IMG/VR virus record: IMGVR_UViG_3300050821_005690
Location: 38,450 to 102,449 of that record
Length of the DNA: 64,000 bases
Strand: one strand, 5' to 3'
From: a virus
The notes under the pieces were generated by a model. That model was not told where the DNA came from. It made no database searches and saw nothing but the letters and a program-made list of their open reading frames with translations. Both the position numbers and the translations under genes were made by a program. How positions within the stretch are numbered: position 1 is the first letter of the stretch; each line of letters begins with the position of its first letter. This document shows positions 36,939-46,900 of this stretch, in pieces.

Positions 36939-37925
36939 ATGGCCGACCCACAAACCAGTAACCTTGGGTTTTACGTTCCGACCCGTGGTTCAGATTCGGG
37001 CACTTGGGACTCCCCAGTAAATGCGAATTCCTCTGCGCAAGACTCGATGTTCGCGAACGTGGCGACGCTGTCGCTTTCTAATGCCAATGTGACCTTGAGC
37101 ACGCCGCCGAACAGCGGCGCCGCGTGGTCAGGCCCGTATCAGTCGCAGAGCGCCTTGATCAAATGCACCGGGGTGATCAGCGCCAACATCACGATCACGA
37201 TCCCTCGCGCTGGATATTTCATCTTTTGGAACCTGTGCACCATCGCGAGCGGCGCCCCGGCCGGTTCTACTGGCTTCTACATCCTGGTGGGGAGCGCCGC
37301 CCCCGGGAAATTGATCGGCCTTCCCCCAGGCGAGATGTGCCACGCCTTCTGTGACGGCGTCGATCTGAACTACGTTAACATGGGGCGCGTCGGCTCAGCG
37401 CTGGACCTGCATGGCGTGCAGACCGTACCTACCTGGATCGCGGCCTGCACGTTTCTGCCGTTTCTGCTCAAAGATGGTACAAACTACACCAACGCGGCCT
37501 TTCCAACCCTGGCCGGTGTGATCGGGACCAAATTCGGGGGGACCCCGGGCCTCAACTTCAATGTTCCCGACGAGCGGGAAAGAGCGCGCATCGCCTATGA
37601 CCCGGGCGCTGCCACTGGGCGCCTGAGCAGTGTTATCGGCGACGGCATGGGAGATCACGGGGGCGATCAGTTTTTGCAAAGTCACAACCATGGCGCATCT
37701 GTCAGCGACCCCCAACACAGTCATAATGTTAGTGTTCCCAGGCTTGTAGGCGCGAACACGGGTGGCGCCGGCAACAGCAATCTTTTGGGGAGCGCCACCA
37801 GCGCCAGCGTTACCACTGATCCGGCTTCTACCGGCATCGGTGTCAACATAAGCAGTTTTGGCTCTGGCGGCTCGCAAAATGTTCAACCTTCGATCATCTC
37901 GTTCTTGCCGCTGATCAAGACGTGA
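36939..37925 (+). CDS. short tail fibre with tail-collar domain
   Basis: GTWDSPVNAN N-terminus; LLKDG..Y....FPTL...IG..FGG...FNVPD; HNH..SDP.HSH. Confidence 0.8.
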   Translation: MADPQTSNLGFYVPTRGSDSGTWDSPVNANSSAQDSMFANVATLSLSNANVTLSTPPNSGAAWSGPYQSQSALIKCTGVISANITITIPRAGYFIFWNLCTIASGAPAGSTGFYILVGSAAPGKLIGLPPGEMCHAFCDGVDLNYVNMGRVGSALDLHGVQTVPTWIAACTFLPFLLKDGTNYTNAAFPTLAGVIGTKFGGTPGLNFNVPDERERARIAYDPGAATGRLSSVIGDGMGDHGGDQFLQSHNHGASVSDPQHSHNVSVPRLVGANTGGAGNSNLLGSATSASVTTDPASTGIGVNISSFGSGGSQNVQPSIISFLPLIKT

Positions 37926-37929
37926 TCTC

Positions 37930-40188
37930 ATGGCCTTCGGCTCAGTCACATTGCAGCCCGGCGTCAATGTCGAAAAGACGCCCACGACTCTGCGCGCGAG
38001 CTATGCCGTCTCCAGCCTCGTTCGCTTCCGCGATTCTCTGATCCAGAAGTTAGGCGGCTGGCTCCGCTTTTATCCGTTCTCGGTCTCCGGGGTTCCGCGC
38101 GAGCTGCATTCGTGGCAGGACCTGAACAACAACAAGTATCTGGCGATCGGCACCACGACGCAGCTTGCTAAGCTCAGGGGCGGCCAGCTTGCCGACATTT
38201 CGCCGGAAACTCTGACTTCAGACATACCGCCGAACATCTCGACCACGATCAACAGCCCGACCGTCGCCATCGTTGATCCGAATGCCAGCGGCATCAGCGT
38301 CAATGACAGCGTGTTCTTCAATGTCCCGGTGTCGATCGGCGGCCTGATCCTGTTCGGGCTCTACCCGGTCACCTTGGTGACGGGCGCTACCTCGTATCAG
38401 ATCACCGCGTCGAAGAACGCCACCGCCACCTGCACCAACCCGACCGTCACGAATGGCACGACGGCGGCGGGCAATCCAACGCTGAATTTCGCGGCCACTC
38501 CGACATGGTGGCTGCCGTTCATGGTGGTCGCCGACATCACGACACCGGCGGCCATTCCGACGGGGACCTATCTCACGGCGGCGGGCGGCACGACGGCGAC
38601 CATGGACGTCAATGCGACCGCGCCCGGCGTTGGCAATGGCGACAGCATCGTCGTTGCCAGCATCCCGGTGTTCCAAACCACAATCGGCTCCAGCGCTGTA
38701 CTCGTAAAGTTCATTGCTCACGGCCTGAGCGTAGGAAGCACGTTCGTTCTGCAAATCCCGGTCACACTCGGCGGCATCACGCTGGCCGCCGGGCTTTACA
38801 CCGTCACCGCAATCATCGACGCCAATACCTTCCAGATTGCCGCGATGGCGCAGGCCACGAGCACGGTCACCGTGGCCATGAACAACGGCAATGTGGAGCT
38901 TGTTTATTACATCTCCATTGGCCCTCCACCCGCTGGCGTTGGCTTTGGTCTCGGCCCCTTCGGCACTGGCGGTTTTGGTCTAGGAACTGGGGGCGGGGTG
39001 CTGACCGGGACAGACATCGCCGCCACTGATTGGACTCTCGACAATTGGGGCGAAATTCTCATCGCCTGTCCGAAGAACGGGGGGATTTTCTACTGGGACC
39101 CGACATCCGGCTTCGCCAATGCGCAGATCATTCCGGGTGCCCCGCCTTTCAATACCGGCATATTCGTCTCGACCTCGGCGCAAATCCTCATCGCCTTTGG
39201 CTCGTCGATCAGCCAAGGCGTCGGCGTTCAGCAACAATTGCTGCTCGTGCAGTGGAGCGATGCGGGTAATTTCTTCCAGTGGACACCGAGCGCCACCAAT
39301 CAGGCGGGCAACTTCACTATCCCGACCGGCTCGGCGCTGATTGCTGGCTTGGCTACTCCCAATCAGAATTTGCTGTGGACCGATCTCGACCTGTGGGCGA
39401 TGAATTATCTCGGGCCGCCATTGGTCTACGGCTTCAACAAGATAGGTGCTGGCCTCGGGGCGGTGAGCTTGCATTCAATGCAGCAATTGCGTGGGTCGAT
39501 ATTCTGGATGAATGCGACCAACTTTTGCGCCTACACGGCCTCGGGCCCGAGCGTTATCCCCTGCCCGGTCTGGGATGCGGTGTTTCAAAATATCAACACC
39601 GCATTTTTGCAGAACGTGCGGGCAATGCCGAACACGTCCTACAACGAGGTGGGGTGGTTCTATCCGAGCGCGGCCAGCGTGTCGGGTGAGAACGACTCCT
39701 ACGTCAAGTTCAATATCACCGACCCGGGTGCGCCGTGGGATTACGGGCCGATGCAGCGCTCGGCCTGGATCGATCAGGGCATCCTCGGCCCTCCGATCGG
39801 AGCCACTTCCACCGGGATCATCTACCAGCACGAGACCAGCCCGGACGCCGACGGCTCGCCGCTGATGCCGAGCTTCACGACCGGCTTCTTCTACCTCGAA
39901 GAGGGCGAGCAATTTGTCACCGTGGATCAGGTTATCCCTGATTTCAAATGGACGACGTTCCCTGCCGGGGGAACATCTGCCCAGATTCAGCTTAGCTTCA
40001 ATGTAGTCGACTATCCTGGTGACCCGCCGAGGGTTTATGGTCCATATACGGTGACTTCGACAACGAAGTTCATTCCGACCCGGTTCCGGGGGCGTCTGAT
40101 GAGCGTCACGGGTAAGTCCAGCGACATCGGCAGCTTCTGGAGGCTAGGGAGTATAAAATACAGGTATGCACCGGCGGGACGGCGATGA
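37930..40188 (+). CDS. tail nozzle / DNA stabilisation protein (P22 gp10-like)
   Basis: QKLGGW; WTLDNWGE.LIA; QWSD; EVGWFYPS; RSAWID; WRLG..KY....AGRR. Confidence 0.8.
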   Translation: MAFGSVTLQPGVNVEKTPTTLRASYAVSSLVRFRDSLIQKLGGWLRFYPFSVSGVPRELHSWQDLNNNKYLAIGTTTQLAKLRGGQLADISPETLTSDIPPNISTTINSPTVAIVDPNASGISVNDSVFFNVPVSIGGLILFGLYPVTLVTGATSYQITASKNATATCTNPTVTNGTTAAGNPTLNFAATPTWWLPFMVVADITTPAAIPTGTYLTAAGGTTATMDVNATAPGVGNGDSIVVASIPVFQTTIGSSAVLVKFIAHGLSVGSTFVLQIPVTLGGITLAAGLYTVTAIIDANTFQIAAMAQATSTVTVAMNNGNVELVYYISIGPPPAGVGFGLGPFGTGGFGLGTGGGVLTGTDIAATDWTLDNWGEILIACPKNGGIFYWDPTSGFANAQIIPGAPPFNTGIFVSTSAQILIAFGSSISQGVGVQQQLLLVQWSDAGNFFQWTPSATNQAGNFTIPTGSALIAGLATPNQNLLWTDLDLWAMNYLGPPLVYGFNKIGAGLGAVSLHSMQQLRGSIFWMNATNFCAYTASGPSVIPCPVWDAVFQNINTAFLQNVRAMPNTSYNEVGWFYPSAASVSGENDSYVKFNITDPGAPWDYGPMQRSAWIDQGILGPPIGATSTGIIYQHETSPDADGSPLMPSFTTGFFYLEEGEQFVTVDQVIPDFKWTTFPAGGTSAQIQLSFNVVDYPGDPPRVYGPYTVTSTTKFIPTRFRGRLMSVTGKSSDIGSFWRLGSIKYRYAPAGRR

Positions 40189-40403
40189 CGGCGGCGCTCG
40201 TGACATCCTGGCGATTGGCGGTGCGCCTGGGGGCAAATCCGCACAGGGGCATGCCTATGCCTATGCCTGCTTTGGGCGACAAGCCGGTCGATGCGGTAAT
40301 CGAAATTCGCACGCCGCTAGGGAAAATGTCCTGGCCGCTCGTGCCGGATGGGGCGAGGACACAGGGGGCCGACAAGTGGCGGACACTACGACGCCTTTCG
40401 TAA
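40185..40403 (+). CDS. hypothetical protein
   Basis: ATGA-coupled 72-aa ORF. Confidence 0.4.
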   Translation: MTAALVTSWRLAVRLGANPHRGMPMPMPALGDKPVDAVIEIRTPLGKMSWPLVPDGARTQGADKWRTLRRLS

Positions 40404-40561
40404 GCCCGGAGCAGGACTCGTCTTTTGCGTCCGCCGCGGCGCAAACTCCGCCTGCCTCGGGTGGCGATGTGACCAACATCAACTCGACCTTGCAGACCAT
40501 CGTGCAAAATCTTTCTCAGTTGCTTGCCGCCATCAATGCCCTGATCCAGGACGCCACCTGA
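40376..40561 (+). CDS. small virion protein
   Basis: GTG start after AGGGGG; DVTNINSTLQTIVQNLSQL helix. Confidence 0.55.
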   Translation: MADTTTPFVSPEQDSSFASAAAQTPPASGGDVTNINSTLQTIVQNLSQLLAAINALIQDAT

Positions 40562-41220
40562 TGGCCCTCACCGATGTCAATTCAACGCTGAAGAATATCG
40601 CGGTGGCCCTGTCGAAGATCATCGTCGCAACCAAGAAGCTGGGAACGACTCTCGCCACTACGATTGCCGGGATCAGGTCTTCCATCGCCACCATCCAGGC
40701 GACCACCGGCCTGATCTACCTCGGCACCGTCAGTGTTTCCGCTGGCGCCATCACTGACACAACGATCGTCGCCGCCAACAACGCAAAATATCGGTCGTTC
40801 CAGTTCGTGTTTAAGAACATTCAGGATTCCGTGGGGAATAGTGGTCTGAGGTGGCGATGGCACTCGGGCGGGTCATTTCAGACGACCAGCTATAACTCTG
40901 TGTCGACTGGCTCGGTCTCGACCGGCCCCAGCCCATTTACGAGTGTGGACGGAACTTTCATCCGCCTTGGCGTGACGGAGTTAAGCACGAACGCCGACAT
41001 CGGGTCTTCTGGCGTCCTGATTGCGTCTAATCTTGCCAGCACAACGGCGTACAAGCCGGTGACCGGAACATCGTTTAGCTCCGATGGTGGCGTTTACACC
41101 ACCTACAGCATCGGCGGATATTGGCACGGTGGCCTTGGGACAATCGACGGATTCCAAATCGTCACCGGGGGTGGCTCTACGCTTGTTTCCGGCAGCGTCG
41201 ATATTTACGGAATCCTGTGA
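40561..41220 (+). CDS. tail needle/fibre-like structural protein
   Basis: N-terminal helix, beta-rich body ending SGSVDIYGI. Confidence 0.65.
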   Translation: MALTDVNSTLKNIAVALSKIIVATKKLGTTLATTIAGIRSSIATIQATTGLIYLGTVSVSAGAITDTTIVAANNAKYRSFQFVFKNIQDSVGNSGLRWRWHSGGSFQTTSYNSVSTGSVSTGPSPFTSVDGTFIRLGVTELSTNADIGSSGVLIASNLASTTAYKPVTGTSFSSDGGVYTTYSIGGYWHGGLGTIDGFQIVTGGGSTLVSGSVDIYGIL

Positions 41221-41277
41221 GCCATGCCATGATAGAAGGGGTCTTGCGAATCTGCGCTCCTACCGGAGGTAAGGGCA

Positions 41278-42516
41278 ATGCCGCTTGAACACTCGTCCTC
41301 GGATGCGGCTCTCCATCGCAACATGCACACCCTGATGGGGGAGATCGGCAAAAGCCCGCACGTTCAGTCGCGGAAGCAGGCGATTGCAATTGCACTCGAA
41401 ACACAACGCCGGGGCGGGCGCGACACCGGCGGGGTAGTTGGCGACGACGAGGACCAGCCGCAGACCGGGAAGGGCAACGTGATGCTCTATCAGCGTTCCC
41501 AGGCCGGGACGATGAGGCAGATAGATCGCGATCGTGCGCAAGGGCGTGCCGATGGCGGCGTTGCACCACCAAGCGGCAACCCTTTCGCCGTCCTGGCGGG
41601 GCTCGACGCCATGGACGCGACGGGTATAGCGCCGTCCTATGCTGCCGGTGGCGGGGCCCCGGCCGACCCGGTGCAATCCGTTATCTCCGCCTTGCAGCAA
41701 GGGTCGGGCAACAGCGCGAGTCCGATGGCTTCGGGCTACCCCGGCGCGGGCATGGGGGTGAACAACACGCTGCAGCCGTCGAGCCCGATGCTGACGGCCA
41801 TGGCCAATCCGACCAGCGTGGCGAGTGGGGTTGCGCCGTCGCCGACTAATCCGGCTGCCATGGGCGTGGCAACGCAGTCTTTGCCAACTTTGGCGATGAT
41901 GCAGAAGAGAGACGGCGGCGCTGCCAAGCTCGCAATTGGCGGCTTCGATATTGCAAAGGGGCAAACGCCCGGTGTGCCCTGGTTTGAGCGCAGCGAGGCG
42001 CGGCAACTCCACACCGGCCCGGTCCTGTCGCACGTTCCTGGTCGCAGCGACAATCACCAGATCAAGGTCCCCTCGGGATCCTACGTCCTTCCGGCGCAGC
42101 ATGTCGCTTCGATGGGGCACGGTAATACGCTTGCGGGCATGTCGCTTGCGCACTCGATGTTCGGCGGCTACGTGCCTGGAGGAGGCGGGATACCTCACGG
42201 GCATCTGCCTCGCCCGCCGCGACCGGGTTTTGCCGCGGGCGGAGTGAGCGAGGGCGGCGCGCGCGAGGGGCACAATGGCTTTGAGGCGGTCCCGGTCGAC
42301 GTCAGCGGCGGCGAGTACATCATCCCGCCTTGGGCTATCATCCGCCGGTACGGCAGCCTGAAGAACGGCCACAAGATCCTCGACCGCTGGATCATGGATA
42401 CGCGGAAGGAAGAGATCAAAACCCAGAAGAAGCTTCCGCCGCCGGCAACCCGGTGGATCGGCGGCGGCGTTTGGGCGCCCTCTATTGTGCCAGACATCGA
42501 GGTTTTTGTAGCATGA
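41278..42516 (+). CDS. internal virion protein with GG motifs and GRSD...GEY domain
   Basis: KQAIAIAL N-terminus; VPGRSD...VPSGSYVLPA...GNTLAG; VPVDVSGGEYIIPP. Confidence 0.75.
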   Translation: MPLEHSSSDAALHRNMHTLMGEIGKSPHVQSRKQAIAIALETQRRGGRDTGGVVGDDEDQPQTGKGNVMLYQRSQAGTMRQIDRDRAQGRADGGVAPPSGNPFAVLAGLDAMDATGIAPSYAAGGGAPADPVQSVISALQQGSGNSASPMASGYPGAGMGVNNTLQPSSPMLTAMANPTSVASGVAPSPTNPAAMGVATQSLPTLAMMQKRDGGAAKLAIGGFDIAKGQTPGVPWFERSEARQLHTGPVLSHVPGRSDNHQIKVPSGSYVLPAQHVASMGHGNTLAGMSLAHSMFGGYVPGGGGIPHGHLPRPPRPGFAAGGVSEGGAREGHNGFEAVPVDVSGGEYIIPPWAIIRRYGSLKNGHKILDRWIMDTRKEEIKTQKKLPPPATRWIGGGVWAPSIVPDIEVFVA

Positions 42517-42965
42517 ACAGACGTCAGATTTTTGCCGTTCTAGCGGCCCTGCCGATCGTGGGGAAAATGATCCCCGCAGTCTCGGCTTCAGCACAGGAGC
42601 AGGTGGCCACTGACCATCTTGCCGCTGATATCGCCCGCAAGCTGGATACTTTGGCGGCGGTGTATCGGCCGTCTTCGCTTGCGGCTTATCGCGATCTGCT
42701 TCTGCCGGGATTGCGGGGGGCACTGCGCTATCCTGTCGAGGCCGACATCCAGATCGACTTTCTTACGGATACGCTTCTGGTGATGGCCGTCTACCCGCAA
42801 TACCCGCGAGCAGAGGATCGTTTGGTTATAGGCGTCATCACCCGGGAAAACCTTTCCAATCACCAGTGGTCGAAGTTTCAGCCGCTGCTTTCTCGAATGC
42901 GCGAGGTATTGTTCGCGCCAGACAGCGCTCCGGTAACACGCATCACCATGGACGAAATCACATGA
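42513..42965 (+). CDS. twin-arginine-like leader protein with fused major-capsid-like termini (mini-MCP)
   Basis: MNRRQIFAVLAALP; LAAYRDLLLPGLRG; EADIQIDFLTDTLLV. Confidence 0.65.
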   Translation: MNRRQIFAVLAALPIVGKMIPAVSASAQEQVATDHLAADIARKLDTLAAVYRPSSLAAYRDLLLPGLRGALRYPVEADIQIDFLTDTLLVMAVYPQYPRAEDRLVIGVITRENLSNHQWSKFQPLLSRMREVLFAPDSAPVTRITMDEIT

Positions 42966-43279
42966 AGACGATCGACGAGCGCGTGGTGTTCTCGAATATC
43001 TGCCTGGGCACCGGGTATTTTGCGGGCGTTGTGAACGTCACTCTCGGGGTGGCCTTGTGGACTCCCGAGCCGCAAGTGGACGGGGACGGCAAGCCTGCGG
43101 GCTACAAGATTGAGAACGCAGACATAGCGATTAACAATCGCCTGCGCCTCGACGTGCCGACCGCCAGGGCTCTGCATCAGCAGTTGGGTGATAGATTGGC
43201 GTTGATCGATTCGCAGTCGGTGGTGGGGGCCGGGCCGATTGCAGAGAATGGGGCGGCCGCAGGGGCAAAGCCGAATTGA
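42962..43279 (+). CDS. hypothetical protein
   Basis: ATGA-coupled; RLRLD...AR.L...L. Confidence 0.65.
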   Translation: MKTIDERVVFSNICLGTGYFAGVVNVTLGVALWTPEPQVDGDGKPAGYKIENADIAINNRLRLDVPTARALHQQLGDRLALIDSQSVVGAGPIAENGAAAGAKPN

Positions 43280-43959
43280 CCGCGCAAGCGCTACCGGCAG
43301 TCCGCAGGGCTGATCCGCGTGACGAAGAGGCCCTTATGGGCATGTGCCGCCGGCTGCACGCCGAGAACGGCCTGTTTTCGTTTTCCGACGCCAAGGTTCG
43401 CGCCATCCTCCGGCATTCTTTCACCGGCACGGCGCCGTACATCATCGACGTCATCGGACCGCAGAACCCCAAGGATGGCGAGCTGCAGGCATCGATCTGC
43501 TGCATGATCACCGATTTCTACTACACCGACGACATCCACCTCGCCGAGTTGTGGAACTTCGTCGAGAAGCCGTTCCGCAAGTCGAGGAATGCGCAAGCCC
43601 TGATCGAGCACGCCAAGCGGATATCGAACGAGTTCAAGCTTCCGTTCTTCACCGGCATCATCACGAACCAGCAAATGGCCGGGAAGGTTCGTCTCTATCG
43701 GCAGATGCTCGACAATCCGGTTGGCGCCTTCTTCCTGTGGAATGGCAACTGGAAGCCCGACCCCCTCGAAGATCACGCCGAGCTGCGGCACAAGCTTAGG
43801 GCCTTTGCCGATCGGTGCGCCACCAAGCCGAGAACGGTCACAAGCGCTGTGGCGCAACAGGAAATCGCGCCGGTCCTGCGCGAGGCCGCCATGGCTTTGG
43901 CGGAAGACAACCTCTGGGGATCGAAGCCGAACGGGTCCGGCGCAGCGGCGAGAGTCTAA
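43276..43959 (+). CDS. GNAT-fold acetyltransferase-like virion morphogenesis protein
   Basis: VRRA...D...L; ELWNFVEKPFRKSRNAQALIE.AK; directly before ejection protein gene. Confidence 0.75.
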   Translation: MTAQALPAVRRADPRDEEALMGMCRRLHAENGLFSFSDAKVRAILRHSFTGTAPYIIDVIGPQNPKDGELQASICCMITDFYYTDDIHLAELWNFVEKPFRKSRNAQALIEHAKRISNEFKLPFFTGIITNQQMAGKVRLYRQMLDNPVGAFFLWNGNWKPDPLEDHAELRHKLRAFADRCATKPRTVTSAVAQQEIAPVLREAAMALAEDNLWGSKPNGSGAAARV

Positions 43960-43960
43960 A

Positions 43961-46900
43961 ATGTGCAAGGGCTCTACCTCGACCACGACCCAGGCGCCTA
44001 GCTCGCAGGCGATGGCGGCGTATGAGCAAATAATGCAGCAGGCGCAGGGCGTCGCTGCGACCCCGTACCAACCTTACACCGGACAATTGGTCGCTCAGTT
44101 CACGCCTGAGCAGATCACGGCGCTGAACAACATCAACCAGTATGCGACGTCGGCGCAACCCGCGTACGCGGTGGCTGGTCAGATGGCGGCGGAGGCGGGT
44201 CAGCCGATCACCGCGGCCGATATCCAGCAATACGTCAATCCGTGGACGAGCGGCGTCGTCGGCGCGACCGAGGCGGAGTTTGCAAACACTCTCGGCATGA
44301 ACCTCAATGCCACTAAGGGCAATGCGATTTCGTCGGGGGCCTTTGGTGGCAACCGTGAAGGGGTGGCGGAGGGCATTACGAGCGGGCAGGTGGCGACACA
44401 GGAAGCGCCGGTCCTCGCTAGCCTGGAGTCGCAGGGTTATACGCAGGGCGTCAATACCGCGCTCTCCCAGCAACAGGCGAAATTGGCAGCTGCTTATGGC
44501 TTGAGCAGCGTCGCTGGAGCTGGCCAGCAATCCGCTCTGACGGGTGCGCAGGCGCAGTTCGGCGTCGGCTCGGCGGCGCAGACGACCGAGCAAGCGCAGC
44601 TAAACGCCGCGTATCAGCAATACCTCAACGCCATGGGCTACCCGTTCCAGACCACGGGATGGGAAGCTGGTGTCGCCGGCGGCATTGGTTCGCTCATGGG
44701 CGGAACAGGGACGACCACGACGCCCTACACAGCACAGCAACTGATCGGGCAGCTAGGCGGCGCCACTACATCGAGCATTGGCATTCTTGGAGGCACCGGG
44801 GCGTTCGGTACTACCGGCTATCTGAATCCATCGTCGTCTAATTCAATCTGGAATTTTGCACACGGCGGAGCCGTTGCCGCTCTCGCACGCGGCGGCGGTG
44901 TCTCGGCCGACGGCGTGGCGAACCGCACGCCGACCGTGCCGGAGGCACCTCGGACCCTGCACGCGCAGCAAAGGCACATGGTCGAGGGGCATCGCCGGGC
45001 CATGCTGTTCCCGCACGGGACCAGGGAAATCCCGGTTGCGCCGGGCATGCGGCGGACCGAAGTGAACGGCGAGGTCTACCACTACAATCCGCGCATGACC
45101 CACGAGGCCGAGGTACATGGTCTCGCGAGGGCCGGCCGCGAGCACGAACTTCTCGGCCTGGGGCCGTTCTCGAAGCAGGAAGTTTTGCATCGTATTGCCG
45201 GCGGCGAGGTCCCGGCGGCGGTGGTCGAGCGCGATCGGGACGGGACAGAGGTGCGAGGGACAGTCGGCACGCACGTTACCGCACCGCACCAGTGGCGGCA
45301 TTTTCACCGCACCAAGGTGCCGGGGAACACGGTCCACATTGAGAATCCAGAGCACACCCTGGCGATCCGTCATCACCATCACCGTGCCGATGGCGGCATG
45401 GTGCCGGGCTATGATCTGGGCGGCGCCACGCCCCAGGCGGCTGGCGTGGCTTCGCCAAACTACGCCATTGCCGCCCCGATCACTTTCAGTGGTAGTCCGT
45501 GGTCAGGATCCAAGCTCCCAGTTCCGCAAACTCAAATCCCGCACGGCAGCTTGCCGTCGCCACCGAAGCAGCCGCAGCAGCAACAGCAGACTCCATCGTC
45601 GACCAATCAAGCCCAGCAAGTCGGCGAACTTGCAAAGGCGATCCAGAAGGGAATGAACAGCCCGGCGACCGGAGTAACCCCGGCGGCGGCTGGGGTCGGG
45701 GCGGTTCAAACGCCGAGCGGCGTCGCGGATGTGATCGGCAGCGACGCAGCGCTCTACCGGCGCGGCGGGCGCGTGCCCCAGTACGCGGAGGGTGGGGGCG
45801 ACGACGATGCGATCTATGTGCCGCCCGATATGCCTGCGGCGGCGCCGCTGAATTTTGTCTCGGGCATGCCGTCCAATGGCGTGGCCTCGGACGACGACAC
45901 GCTTAATCAGGTTGCTGCGCGCGCGAGCACGCATCCGCGCGACGTTGGTCCGCCGCTTGCTCTTGTGGCTCCGTCCGATGGCGTTGCGCCTGCCACCGCC
46001 GGTCTGCCGCCCGAGATCGCTCATGGGAACAGCCTGAAACCTGCCGATCGCGACGCGGCTATCCGCACTATTTACGGTGAGGCGGCTGATCAAGGTCCTA
46101 ACGGGCAAGCTGCCGTCGCCAACGTCATCCGCAACCGTGTGCTCGACGGGAGCTATGGCAAGAGCGCATCGGATGTGGTGCACGCCCCAAATCAGTTCGA
46201 GCCGTGGAACACGGCGGCCGGCCGCGCGCGCATGAACTCGATGACGCCGGAAGAGTACGAAAGCATCGGCAACATCGTGGATAACGTGTGGGGCGGCAAG
46301 ATCAAGGATCAGACCGGCGGCGCCACGCATTTCTACGCTCCTGGCGCGCAAGCCGCGTTAGGCCGCAATGCGCCGAACTGGGATGACGGAACCGGCCTGA
46401 AGATCGGCGATCATCTGTTTTTCAAGCCCGGCGACGGTGCTCCTGGCACCAGGGCAATGGCGCTCCGGGCTTCAGGGGATGAAGGCGGCGATATGAGCGC
46501 CGCCGCCTATCGCGGGGTCGGATCCGGCGCCGGGGCGTTCCGTCCGGCCGGTCGCGGCGGGATCAAGCCTGATGCAGCCGGCGTCGCGCCCGGGATCGAC
46601 TTCTCGCAAAACTCCAAGCTCTGGCCGGCCCTGATCATGGCGGGCGGCAGCATGATGGCCGCAAGCCGGCCGGGCACGACGCTTGGCGAGGCGGTCGGCC
46701 ACGGTGTCGTCTCTGGCGCGCAGACCTACGAGGGCTTGAAGCAGCAAGAGCAAGCTGCGGCGATGAACGAGAAGAAGATCAACCTGGAGAGCCAGAAGCT
46801 TGCCGAGGAACTGAACTATCACCGCAGTCACCTCGACATCATGACTAAGGAGGCAAACACCAAGGAGGCCGCCGAGAAGTCGCTGGCCGATTGGCGCCAG

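Noticed and set aside
43721-43960. N-terminal 80 aa of the 1344-aa ORF in the track
   Set aside because: Overlaps the GNAT gene; ATG at 43961 just after its stop is the more plausible start
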